A DNA stretch of 64,000 bases from Terrimicrobiaceae bacterium (GTDB lineage Bacteria > Verrucomicrobiota > Verrucomicrobiia > Chthoniobacterales > Terrimicrobiaceae), in contig JBGSVZ010000092.1 in assembly GCA_041752695.1 (NCBI GenBank), positions 96,001 to 160,000 on the forward strand, in the 5' to 3' direction. The translations under genes and the position numbers were made by a program. The notes below the pieces were generated by a model. That model saw nothing but the letters and a program-made list of their open reading frames with translations, had not been told where the DNA came from and made no database searches. Shown piece by piece: positions 34,301-42,885 of this stretch (its first letter is position 1; each line of letters opens with the position of its first letter).

Positions 34301-35911
34301 ATTCCCGGGGTGACGCTGATTTCCCCGCCGCCGCACCATGACATCTATTCCATCGAGGATCTGGCGCAGTTGATCTACGACCTCAAGCAGGTCAATCCCC
34401 GCGCCCGCGTTTGCGTGAAGCTCGTGGCCGAGGCCGGGGTCGGCACCATTGCGGCCGGCGTGGCCAAGGCCCACGCGGACATCATTCTGGTGAGCGGGCA
34501 CGAAGGTGGCACCGGGGCTTCTCCGCTGAGCTCGGTGAAAAATGCAGGGGGTGCCTGGGAACTTGGTGTGGCTGAAACGCACCAGGTGCTTTTGCTCAAC
34601 GGCCTGCGCAATCGCGTCACTTTGCGCACCGACGGCGGGATGCGCACGGGCGAGGATATCATTTACGCCACGCTTCTCGGCGCGGAGGAGTATAATTTTG
34701 GCACGGCGGCCCTTATCGCGATGGGCTGTGTGTATGTGCGGCAGTGTCATCTCAACACCTGTCCGGTCGGCGTGGCTACCCTCGACGACAAACTCCGCGG
34801 GAAATTCAAGGGCAAGCCCGAGCATGTCGTGAACTTTTTCAACGCCGTCGCCGAGGAAGTTCGCGAGCTTATGGCCCGCCTTGGATTTCGCACCATTAGC
34901 GAAATGATCGGCCACACCGAATGCCTCAAGCAGCGGGTGATTGCCGATCACCCGAAGGCTAACACCCTTGATCTCAGTAGGCTTCTGGTGGACGTGGCGA
35001 AAGACGACTCCACCATGGTGCGCCACGCGACGCGTTCGCGCAACGATGGACCGGAGGACCGCACGCTTGATGACATTATTTTGCAGGACGCCAAGGAGGC
35101 GATTGTCGATGGCAAACCGATCACGCTCTCATACAAAATCACCAACGTAAACCGCTCGGCCGGCACCCAGGTGTCGGGCGAGATCGGCTACCAATACGGC
35201 GAAGAGGGCCTGCCGGCCGGCACGGTCGATCTGCGTTTCGACGGAAGTTCGGGCCAGAGCTTCGGCGCGTTTCTCGCCCCCGGCGTCCGCCTCGTTCTCA
35301 CGGGCGAAGCCAATGACTATGTGGGTAAGGGCATGAGTGGCGGAGAGATCATCATCAAGGCGGTGAGTCCCCGCAAATACACGCCCGCGGACTGCATCAT
35401 TTTGGGAAACACTGTGATGTACGGCGCGACGGGCGGGGCTCTATTTGCCAACGGACGCGGGGGTGAACGATTCTGCGTGCGCAACTCCGGCGGCACCGCC
35501 GTGGTCGAAGGGGTGGGGGACCATTGCTGCGAATACATGACCAACGGAACGGTCGTGGTGCTGGGTCCCACAGGGAAAAACTTCGGGGCCGGCATGACGG
35601 GCGGCGTGGGATACGTGCTTGATCTGGAAGATGTTTTTGCCGACCGCTACAACCCGCAACTCGTCACCCCGTATCGTCTCACCGAGGAAGAGGATGTCAC
35701 GGCGCTGAAGGGGCTCATTTACCGACACCTGGAGTTGACCGACAGCGATCGGGCGAAGGAAATTCTGGCCGACTGGCCGAAGTATGCCGCGAAATTTTGG
35801 AAGGTCTGCCCCACCGTCCCGGCCGCCGTGGCAGAAGTGAAGGCTGCAGCGGAGGGTCCCGACGAGAAAGCTGGTCAGGTGATCAATGAGAATGTTACTG
35901 CTTCGCGGTAA
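31349..35911 (+). CDS. gltB: Glutamate synthase large subunit, copy 2 (no adjacent gltD)
   Basis: [40 protein letters not shown] and CVYVRQCHLNTCP. Start is ATG 31349 or 31316, not the ORF-track start. Confidence 0.97.
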   Translation: MPNLYDPAHEHDSCGVGFVAQVSGRRSNRILRIGLRSICNLMHRGALDADAKTGDGAGVMTQIPYKLFVPEVTRLGHTLYQESDLAVGVMFLPHDNAYSQARAKAITQDVLEKRGLFLFGWREVPINIRVLGEKAQTTMPRIEQVLIGKPWGMADDDYERRLFLARNEIEDIAAADKIHNFYIPSFSHRTIIYKGLLVSSSLEKFYPDLSNPDYETAICVYHQRYSTNTFPKWPLAQPVRMMAHNGEINTVKGNRNWSSAREAELRADFWGNDIDLLKPIIQPGGSDSSSLDNVLEVLTMSGRSILHSMTMLVPPAWRSDKNLPQEIADFYEYHRCICEPWDGPAALCFTDGLTVGASLDRNGLRPARYKLTEDGVFVLGSEVGIAGLDLRSMVEMGRLAPGEMIAVDTVGGRVLRDRDIKSALAARKPYGEWLRKNMINFDHADEKSVSVPTGELDILTLTQRQIAFGYSSEELDMILKPMFKDGAEAVGSMGDDAPLAVLSLKPRLLYTYFKQLFAQVTNPPIDPIREKLVMSLHTVLGWRRNLLSETADHCRQVMLESPILLDCEVEKLKAIGGEFPAETISCLWPAAEGKAGLAGAIKRICQDVEAAVDRDVRIIILSDRGVDHTSVAAPMLLVMGAVHHHLRRVGKRMKASMICESAEARDVHQIACLIGYGASCVNPYLAFETLRELIEKGKVEVDFAKAAINYKKALENGLLKIMSKMGISVVSSYRGAQVFEAIGISTALVDECFTGTTTQIEGLGYAEIAAESLARHDMAYGNAVPVEAGKLEDPGYYRNRRGGELHVVTPPVLQNFHTFVGIKGMDKAGKAEDYKKYVDAVLANRPHSLRNLLDLVALPSGPVPIEEVEPVEDIRRRFTTAGMSLGALSPEAHETLAIAMNRIGGKSNSGEGGEDPLRFKRRDDGDWANSAIKQIASGRFGVTAAYLASAKEIEIKMAQGAKPGEGGQLPGHKVSLYIAGLRHAIPGVTLISPPPHHDIYSIEDLAQLIYDLKQVNPRARVCVKLVAEAGVGTIAAGVAKAHADIILVSGHEGGTGASPLSSVKNAGGAWELGVAETHQVLLLNGLRNRVTLRTDGGMRTGEDIIYATLLGAEEYNFGTAALIAMGCVYVRQCHLNTCPVGVATLDDKLRGKFKGKPEHVVNFFNAVAEEVRELMARLGFRTISEMIGHTECLKQRVIADHPKANTLDLSRLLVDVAKDDSTMVRHATRSRNDGPEDRTLDDIILQDAKEAIVDGKPITLSYKITNVNRSAGTQVSGEIGYQYGEEGLPAGTVDLRFDGSSGQSFGAFLAPGVRLVLTGEANDYVGKGMSGGEIIIKAVSPRKYTPADCIILGNTVMYGATGGALFANGRGGERFCVRNSGGTAVVEGVGDHCCEYMTNGTVVVLGPTGKNFGAGMTGGVGYVLDLEDVFADRYNPQLVTPYRLTEEEDVTALKGLIYRHLELTDSDRAKEILADWPKYAAKFWKVCPTVPAAVAEVKAAAEGPDEKAGQVINENVTASR

Positions 35912-35923
35912 TCCACCCCCCTC

Positions 35924-36325
35924 GTGAGAATTGTCGAGCAGCTAGCCGTTTTCATTGCCAATAAACCGGGCACCCTTGCGGAGGTCTGCGACGCCCTCGC
36001 CAGCGAACGCGTTAATATTTACGGCCTCACCATTTCGGACACGGTGGACCACGCCGTCGTCCGCATGGTGGTGAGCGACACGCGCAGAGCGGTCGCTGTC
36101 TTTGAATCCCGCGGTACGCTCGTGATCGAGAACGATGTTCTCATGATCGAGAACGATAATAAACCCGGCAGTCTCTCCGAGATCGCGAAAGTTCTTTCGG
36201 ATCACAAGATCAACATCGAATACGCCTATCTGGCCTCCATGCCGAGCGCCCGTCGCGGTCTGCTGATTGTGCGGGTGACGGATACCAAGAAGGCACTTAA
36301 GGTACTTTCGAAAGCCCTGGGCTGA
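35924..36325 (+). CDS. Tandem ACT-domain protein
   Basis: QLAVFIANKPGTLAEV and NDNKPGSLSEIAKVL..INIEYAY mark two ACT repeats. Confidence 0.92.
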   Translation: MRIVEQLAVFIANKPGTLAEVCDALASERVNIYGLTISDTVDHAVVRMVVSDTRRAVAVFESRGTLVIENDVLMIENDNKPGSLSEIAKVLSDHKINIEYAYLASMPSARRGLLIVRVTDTKKALKVLSKALG

Positions 36326-36383
36326 AGGTTTCGAAAGTGAAAGCCCGGCTGGCGCTTTGCTTCTGTTGCAGTATCCAGAGCGT

Positions 36384-37523
36384 TCAGCCCAGGAGTTCGC
36401 GGTAAAAACTCTCCAGCTTCGCGATGGAACGGCTTTGCTCGAATTTATCGCGCACTGATGCGGCGGCGGTTCGGGATAATTTTTCGTAGAGGACGGCATC
36501 TCCGGCCAGGGTCAGCAGGGCTTGGGTGACCCCGGCGACATCGCGCTCCGGGACCAGCAGGCCGTCCTCCCCTGAGGTGGCGGCCTCGGGAATGCCGCCG
36601 TGCAAAGTCGCCACCACGGGCAGGCCGGTGGCCATGGCTTCCAACATCGAATTCGGCACGCCCTCCTGGTCTCCGGCGTCGGTAGTCTGACTGGGGTGAA
36701 GGAAAATATGCGATGAGGCATACGCCGCCGCCAGTTGTTCCTGCTGGAGGAAACCCGTGTACGCTACGGCATCGGACAAGCCCAACTCTCCGGCGACCTC
36801 CTGCAAGCGAGATTTCATCGGCCCTTCCCCGGCGAAAATCAGATGGGCCTTGGGATACCGTTTGCGGAATTCGGCGAAGGCGGCCAGCGAGACCAGCAGG
36901 CCTTTTTTTTCAATAAACCGCGAGGCCTGGATCAGCCGCCAGGCTCCGTCGGCGGGAACGGAACGGGAGACGAACGGAAATCCGTCCATGGGGATGCCTG
37001 TCCGGTTGATTCGGATCTTCCCGCGGTCACACCCCAGATCCACCAGGCGGTCGGCCAGCGATTCGCTGCGGGCCAGAACCATCGGAACGGTTTGAAGGAG
37101 CTGCCGCAAGTTCCTGCCGTAGCCGGGCTCGGTTTCCCGCTCCATGATGTCCATGCCGTGAAAAGAAACTAACGACGGCTTCGGCCAGTTGCGCAGGAAG
37201 GGCAGAAGATGGACGCCGGTATGGCCGAAATAGACATGGAGAAGGTCCGCGTGTCGCCGTCCCAGCACACCGGAGAGCTGGTCGTATTCGCCCCGGTAAA
37301 AGACCGGCTCCATCCGCTGGAGGTATTTTTTCTGAAAACGCCGGAGGAAATTGATGCTGGGCCGGGGCAGGACCTCGACATCGTCGAAGGGGTAAAGGTC
37401 CGCATGCTCGCGTGATTTGGTCATCACGAAGGTTTTGAATTCCTGCAGTCCGGTAACCTGACGGTAAATGTGCAGCATCTCCCGTTTGAGAAAGGTGGTG
37501 CAGTAGCTGGCGACGACAGGCAT
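36384..37523 (-). CDS. Glycosyltransferase family 4 (WcaL-like)
   Basis: SFHGMD, RFIEKKG and DQEGVPNSMLEAMATGLPVVATLHGGIPE. Confidence 0.92.
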   Translation of the reverse strand: MPVVASYCTTFLKREMLHIYRQVTGLQEFKTFVMTKSREHADLYPFDDVEVLPRPSINFLRRFQKKYLQRMEPVFYRGEYDQLSGVLGRRHADLLHVYFGHTGVHLLPFLRNWPKPSLVSFHGMDIMERETEPGYGRNLRQLLQTVPMVLARSESLADRLVDLGCDRGKIRINRTGIPMDGFPFVSRSVPADGAWRLIQASRFIEKKGLLVSLAAFAEFRKRYPKAHLIFAGEGPMKSRLQEVAGELGLSDAVAYTGFLQQEQLAAAYASSHIFLHPSQTTDAGDQEGVPNSMLEAMATGLPVVATLHGGIPEAATSGEDGLLVPERDVAGVTQALLTLAGDAVLYEKLSRTAAASVRDKFEQSRSIAKLESFYRELLG

Positions 37524-37636
37524 GAAGCCCGCCAGCAAACCGCCCGAAAGGCCGCCCGCCAAGCGGATTTTGCGAGTCATTTTCAGTTTCCGCTGGTTAG
37601 ATCACGGTGAAGACCGCGCCTCCGCTGCGCCAACCC

Positions 37637-38236
37637 ATGAATGAATCCGTGCCAGCGTCGGGCGAACAGGACGCCCGGGAAGACGTTGCCCTGATGCTGC
37701 GCGTGAAAACCGGAGACCTCGACGCCTTCGAGGTGCTGGTGGAGCGGCACCAACACAGTGTCGTGGGAACCGCCGCGAAAATGCTCAGTGGAGTGGGGGA
37801 CGCCGAGGACATCGGGCAGCAGGTATTTATCCGCGTCTGGAAATCGGCCCCGCGATACGAACCAAGTGCCAAGTTCACCACGTGGCTGATGACGATCACC
37901 CGGAATCTGGTGTTCAACGAGATGCGTCGCCTCCAGCGCTCCCGGTTGGTGCCGATGGACACCGATCAGGAGGATGCCCCGCAACACCAATACGCGGATA
38001 CCGAAACTGCTGCGCCCAACGAAGAACTGCTCAACACGGAATTGCAAAATGCGGTCAACACGGCGATCAGCTCGCTTCCGGAGGCCCAGCGAACGGCCAT
38101 CGTCCTCCGGCGGTATGAAAACATGCCTTACGAAGAAATTGCCAAAGTCTTACGGACCAGTGTCCCCGCCGTGAAGAGCATCCTTTTTCGCGCCCGGGCG
38201 GAGTTAAAGGAACAGTTGAAACGCTACCTCGACTAA
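37637..38236 (+). CDS. ECF-family RNA polymerase sigma factor
   Basis: AEDIGQQVFIRVW, KFTTWLMTITRN and MPYEEIAKVL..AVKSILFRAR. Start is 37607 or 37637. Confidence 0.93.
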   Translation: MNESVPASGEQDAREDVALMLRVKTGDLDAFEVLVERHQHSVVGTAAKMLSGVGDAEDIGQQVFIRVWKSAPRYEPSAKFTTWLMTITRNLVFNEMRRLQRSRLVPMDTDQEDAPQHQYADTETAAPNEELLNTELQNAVNTAISSLPEAQRTAIVLRRYENMPYEEIAKVLRTSVPAVKSILFRARAELKEQLKRYLD

Positions 38237-38304
38237 AAGTATTTTCGAAAAAACCCACGCGTTGTTTCTGCGCCCCACGATCTGCGGATGAACCCTATAA
38301 AATT

Positions 38305-38448
38305 ATGCTTTGGACCATCCTTGTTATTCTTCTCATCATGTGGGCCTTGGGCTTCGGCCTCAACGTGGCTGGAGGCCTGATCCACCTGATTCTCGTCGTT
38401 GCCCTCGTCGTTTTTGTCATCCAGTTGGTGACCGGTCGGAAGGTCTGA
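38305..38448 (+). CDS. lmo0937/DUF5670-family small membrane protein (47 aa)
   Basis: Below the ORF-track cutoff. Manual translation: MLWTILVILLIMWALGFGLNVAGGLIHLILVVALVVFVIQLVTGRKV. Confidence 0.88.
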   Translation: MLWTILVILLIMWALGFGLNVAGGLIHLILVVALVVFVIQLVTGRKV

Positions 38449-38522
38449 CCGGAAAGGGGTATTAAGCGGCGTCGGCTTCCTGCCGATAAAAGTAACCACC
38501 GTCAGGATGCTGGTGCCACCCC

Positions 38523-39821
38523 TTACGGATCGTAGCGGCGGGGAAAAACCGCCCGGAACGTCGTGCCCGAGTGCTCCGAGGACGACAACTCGAGACTGGC
38601 GTCAAGCAACTCGCAGAGGCGTTTGACGATCGAAAGACCGATGCCTTCACCGGGCTGCTGGCGGCCGGAGTGGGAGCCCGTCGATTGCGTGACTTCGGGA
38701 AGAGAGCTACTCGATTCTTTGCTCTGACCATCCGCTTCCTCTTCGGCCTCGCAGGCGCTGGCCGTGGCTTCCTGTAAAACCTTGAGAATAGGAGCCCCGG
38801 AGACCGCGATTCCCGGGCCGGTGTCCTTGACCATCAGCCACCATTTTTCGGCGCCTTCTTCTCCCCAGCTCACGGTAACGCCGCCCTGTTCCGTGTACTT
38901 GAGGGCGTTCAAGAGTAAATTTTGGGCAATGCGATGCACTTTATCGGCGTCTCCTTCCACCGGTAGCGGATCGGGCCCTGAGCAAATCAAGTTGAGCTGG
39001 CGTTCGTCCGCCAGGGGCCTGGAAACCCTGACCAGCTCCGTCAGGACAACGGCGGCGTCAAACGGGGCGATTTTGCGCTTCTGCTCCCCGGCTTCCAATC
39101 GGGCGAGATCCATCAGATCCCCCAACATGGACCGCAGGGTGCCCACTCCGCGTTTCAGCATATCGGAAAAAACTCGCCGTTCCTCGTCGGGAATGTCGGT
39201 CACCCCAAGGAGTGAGGCGGCACTGCTGACGGCTTGGATATTGCCCCCGAGATCATGCACCGCTTCCCGGATCAGAGCCCCGCGCTTTCGCTCCAGCTCA
39301 CCGATCTGAGCCAGCGCCATTTCCAAATCGTGGGCCCGGCCGGTCGCTTCCTCGCGTTCCATCCGGGCATACTGGGCCGTACTCTCGTTAATGGCGTTAT
39401 TAACGAGCATAATGAGCTCGCGATTGGCCGCCGACTGGCTTTCCCGGGGCATATCGGGATGAGCTTCCACAAAAGCGTCCAGCTCGGCACTCAAACAGAG
39501 ATGCAGGTGCCCCCATTCCCGTGTGATCTCGCGCAGCCGGTAGCCCTGTTGCCACCGGTGAAGGCCGTGTTTGACCTCCTCTTCACGCTGATCCTCGACG
39601 GCGTCCGCGGCGCGTTCCCCGCCAGGTTTGGCCCGGAGCTTGCGTTCAAACGCATTCAGCACTTCGGGAATGTGGTCGTTAAATTGCGAACGCGTCAGCG
39701 CATTCGAGGTTGTCTGGTCCGGGTCGGCGTCCGAAGCGGCCCGCCAGGCTTCCATGATGGCACCGCGACGGGCATTTAGGTGATGGCTGAGAGCGGTTAA
39801 ATGGTCCAACGTGCTGGTCAT
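38523..39821 (-). CDS. Cytoplasmic sensor histidine kinase with an RsbRD_N-like input domain
   Basis: HGLHRWQQGYRLREITREW, H-box VHDL, NLLLNALKYT, DTGPGI and GIGLSIVKRL; no TM helix. Confidence 0.9.
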   Translation of the reverse strand: MTSTLDHLTALSHHLNARRGAIMEAWRAASDADPDQTTSNALTRSQFNDHIPEVLNAFERKLRAKPGGERAADAVEDQREEEVKHGLHRWQQGYRLREITREWGHLHLCLSAELDAFVEAHPDMPRESQSAANRELIMLVNNAINESTAQYARMEREEATGRAHDLEMALAQIGELERKRGALIREAVHDLGGNIQAVSSAASLLGVTDIPDEERRVFSDMLKRGVGTLRSMLGDLMDLARLEAGEQKRKIAPFDAAVVLTELVRVSRPLADERQLNLICSGPDPLPVEGDADKVHRIAQNLLLNALKYTEQGGVTVSWGEEGAEKWWLMVKDTGPGIAVSGAPILKVLQEATASACEAEEEADGQSKESSSSLPEVTQSTGSHSGRQQPGEGIGLSIVKRLCELLDASLELSSSEHSGTTFRAVFPRRYDP

Positions 39822-39849
39822 TCGGCGTGAGAAATTGCGATGGCCCTGA

Positions 39850-40233
39850 TCAGAGGTTCAACACCGGTTGGCGGGGAGTCTCCGGCGCGGTGGACTCCAG
39901 CAGCTTCTGGAGTTTCTTCGGAGTGAGGAGGCCCGAAGTTGCCGCGTCCACCACAGAACGGAATGCTGCCGCCCAAGCCGCGTCTTTTTCCGCCAACGCG
40001 GCAATTTCATGCAGCGGTGCCCGGCGATCGTGGGAGCGAAGTTCGTCCAAAGGCACTCCCAGAGCCGTGGCCAAATTCACCAGCACCTCCGGCGAGGGAA
40101 AACGAAAACCCTTCTCCAAGTCGGCAATGAAGGCTACGGACTTCAGTTTGGCCCGTGAGGTCAGTTCGCGCATGGAATATCCGCGCGCCAAACGAAGTTC
40201 GCGAATGCGCGTTCCCAGTGTGTGTGAGGGCAT
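39850..40233 (-). CDS. XRE-family helix-turn-helix regulator
   Basis: LGTRIRELRLARGYSMREL..FIADLEKGFRFPS..LATALGV. Confidence 0.9.
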   Translation of the reverse strand: MPSHTLGTRIRELRLARGYSMRELTSRAKLKSVAFIADLEKGFRFPSPEVLVNLATALGVPLDELRSHDRRAPLHEIAALAEKDAAWAAAFRSVVDAATSGLLTPKKLQKLLESTAPETPRQPVLNL

Positions 40234-40468
40234 AAGGCCGGATATGATCGCGGCTATGCGAACAGCGTCAAGTTCCTAGGAAGAGATTTCTCCGGAGCTG
40301 AAAAGGTCGCCGCCTCCCTTCTTAAATGCGCGCATGCGAACAAGAATATCAGGAAATGCTCTCGTTCGCATTTCTGCGTTTAAGCATGGGGCTGGTCGGT
40401 CGTCTCGGCGTCTTCGTTCGCTCGCGTCCAAGATCTAATGGACGCGAGCGGGAAGGTGGTGCCGGGGC

Positions 40469-41770
40469 CTAAAGGAAGGTGTCTTCGAAGAGGCTGTTGG
40501 CCCAGTCGAACATATCGATGTAGTTCTCAGAACTGGCAGCCCTGGCTTCGCCGAACGAGGCATCCACCCGCTGCATGGTCCTGGTCACCGCGTCATACTG
40601 GTAACTTGCGGTCAGCCACGAGGCTGTCTTTGAGGTGATCGGACTGTAGCAGGCTGACATCGTCACCGGTGAGGGATTGGGGCTCTGGCCGTCTATCGCT
40701 CGCAAGATGGCATCCGCGCAGACTTTGGCCTGAGCGTTGGCCATCGTGCCCGACTTGGGCTGCGCGGTCGCCTGCGAGTCACCAATCACGTGGATCTCAG
40801 GATATTTTACGGATCCGTAGCTGAGCGGATCCACCGCCGCCCAGCGTCCTCCCGCATCAACCAGACCCGCTCCGGAGACCAACGCGCCAGCTTTCATATC
40901 CGGGAGATAGTTGGCAACCTTCCCGGAAATTGTTCCGAGGTTGGTCACAAAACTTCTTGTTGCGGAGTTGACCGACTGGACCGCACAGTTCGGTTTATAC
41001 TCCACAATGCCTTTGAAGGTATTCGTGAAGGCATTTCCGAATCCCACCGGTTCGGCCATGATGCCGGGATTGGCGTCACAAATGATCACTTTGCCGCGGA
41101 GTTTTTTGCGTTTGATGTGGTCGGCAATGACGCAGGCGCGTTCATATGGCCCGGGCGGGCAGCGGTACGGAGCCTTTGGAATGCTCATCAGAAAGACCTC
41201 TCCCTTCTTCAAACTTTCCACCTGGGTTTTCAGCAAGGTGGTTTGTGGTCCGGCCACCCATGCGTGAGGGGTGAGACTGGCGTCGTAGTTGCCGGCGGGC
41301 GTCACAAAGTCGATGCCGGGCGCCAAGATCAGATGGTCGTAGGGGAGGGTCACGGTCCCGCCTGTGGTGGAAACGGCGACCGTTTTTGCGGGAGGATTCA
41401 CCTCCATCGCCCGGCCCACCAGGAGATTGACCCCGTATTTGCTCGCGAGGGTTCCCAGTCCGATCGTGATGTCCGCCATGCCGAGCTTTCCCGTGACCAC
41501 CAGGTTGGAAAGAATGCACGAAATATGCTGAGGGCTGGCATCGACCAGCGTGACCTGGACCTTGTCCTTGCCCCAAAGTGCGAGGTATTTCGCCGCGGTC
41601 GCTCCGCCGAAGCCCCCACCCACCACCACAATCCGCGCGAGCGGCGAGGCGGCTGATGCCCGCCGGGGAATGGCGAGGGTTGCCCCGGCCAGGCCGAGCA
41701 GTTTCAGAAATTTCCGGCGGTCCACGCCTGGGGATTGCAGAAGATGATCCAAGGAAGAGAAGGTTTTCAT
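40469..41770 (-). CDS. fccB: Flavocytochrome c sulfide dehydrogenase flavoprotein (FccB/SoxF-like), Tat-exported
   Basis: DRRKFLK Tat motif; VVVGGGFGGATAAKY; SCILSN (FAD-binding Cys); PYRCPPGPYERA and SACYS (redox Cys pair). Confidence 0.9.
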   Translation of the reverse strand: MKTFSSLDHLLQSPGVDRRKFLKLLGLAGATLAIPRRASAASPLARIVVVGGGFGGATAAKYLALWGKDKVQVTLVDASPQHISCILSNLVVTGKLGMADITIGLGTLASKYGVNLLVGRAMEVNPPAKTVAVSTTGGTVTLPYDHLILAPGIDFVTPAGNYDASLTPHAWVAGPQTTLLKTQVESLKKGEVFLMSIPKAPYRCPPGPYERACVIADHIKRKKLRGKVIICDANPGIMAEPVGFGNAFTNTFKGIVEYKPNCAVQSVNSATRSFVTNLGTISGKVANYLPDMKAGALVSGAGLVDAGGRWAAVDPLSYGSVKYPEIHVIGDSQATAQPKSGTMANAQAKVCADAILRAIDGQSPNPSPVTMSACYSPITSKTASWLTASYQYDAVTRTMQRVDASFGEARAASSENYIDMFDWANSLFEDTFL

Positions 41771-41783
41771 AAAATAGGTTCGG

Positions 41784-42101
41784 CTAGTCCTCGTTCTTGT
41801 TTTCGGGCAGGGTGGCGAGGTAGGCCGCGATCTCGCGGATCTGGGCGTCGCTTAAACCGCGAGCCACCAGGTCCATGATGCCCTCGGGGGTCCGGCGGGT
41901 CCGCATTTCGGTCAGTTCCGAAATGATCTCGGACGGAGACTCACCGGTAATCCCTTCGAACCCGGAGGAGGAATGACATTGGAAACAGGTCGAAGCCAGA
42001 AGGCGGCCGGAGGTGGACGCGACCACGGGTTCGGGCGGAGCGGCGTGTCCGGTCCACGGGACCGCCACCGCGACGAGGAGGAGGAGATTTGGAAACTTCA
42101 C
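41784..42101 (-). CDS. Monoheme c-type cytochrome (FccA-like)
   Basis: Signal peptide from GTG 42101; GRLLASTCFQCH; IMDLVARGLSDAQIREIAAYL. Confidence 0.88.
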   Translation of the reverse strand: MKFPNLLLLVAVAVPWTGHAAPPEPVVASTSGRLLASTCFQCHSSSGFEGITGESPSEIISELTEMRTRRTPEGIMDLVARGLSDAQIREIAAYLATLPENKNED

Positions 42102-42123
42102 GACGCGAACGTGCCGTTCGCAG

Positions 42124-42151
42124 ATGAACATTCCATGAACCGAACATGAAT
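42124..42151. promoter_or_regulatory. Putative OmpR/PhoB-type binding site (three direct repeats, 11-bp period)
   Basis: ATGAAC (42124), ATGAAC (42135) and ATGAAT (42146) lie between the divergent cytochrome and response-regulator genes. Confidence 0.65.
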
Positions 42152-42210
42152 AGTTGTTCATTTTTGCTAATAATATCGCGGCGAAGAGGGGGGTGTTTCA
42201 GGATGGGGTG

Positions 42211-42885
42211 ATGCGAATACTGTTGGCGGAGGACGACCCGAAAACGGGCAAGTGGCTTCGCGAGGCAATGAAGGCCGAGGGGTGGGCAGTCGATCATCTG
42301 GCTGACGGTTTGGCCGCGCTTTCCGCCGCGCGCACCGCACCCTATGACGCCGCCGTGGTCGATGTGATGATGCCGGGTCGGGATGGTCTGGGATTTGTGG
42401 CCGATCTTCGCAAATCCGGTCAGTCCCTTCCTGTCCTGCTCATCTCAGCGCGTGGCGGGGTGGATGACCGGGTGGTCGGGCTTGATGCCGGGGCGGACGA
42501 CTATCTGCCAAAACCGTTTGCCCTCCAGGAACTCCTGGCTCGTATCCGGGCGCTTTGCCGGCGAAATCCGGTTGTCTCTGAACAGGTGTTGCGTTGCGGT
42601 GATCTGGAGCTCGATGTTTCCCGTCACACGTTCCGGAGAGCCTCGCGGGAGATTCCGCTCACCGCGCGGGAGTTTGGGATCCTTGAGGTGCTGATAAAAA
42701 ATGCGGGGCGCGTGTGCAGTCGGCCCATGCTGCTGGAAAAAGTCTGGGATTTTCACTTCGATCCGGGCTCAAACATCGTGGACGTCTATCTCCGTCGCCT
42801 GCGCCAAAAGATCGATGCGCCGGGAGAGCCCAAGTTGCTCCATGCCATCCGGGGCGCCGGATATGTGCTCAAGGAGGAGGAATGA
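42211..42885 (+). CDS. OmpR-family response regulator (CusR/CzcR-like)
   Basis: MRILLAEDD, VDVMMPGRDG, GADDYLPKPF and SNIVDVYLRRLRQKID..IRGAGY. Confidence 0.95.
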   Translation: MRILLAEDDPKTGKWLREAMKAEGWAVDHLADGLAALSAARTAPYDAAVVDVMMPGRDGLGFVADLRKSGQSLPVLLISARGGVDDRVVGLDAGADDYLPKPFALQELLARIRALCRRNPVVSEQVLRCGDLELDVSRHTFRRASREIPLTAREFGILEVLIKNAGRVCSRPMLLEKVWDFHFDPGSNIVDVYLRRLRQKIDAPGEPKLLHAIRGAGYVLKEEE

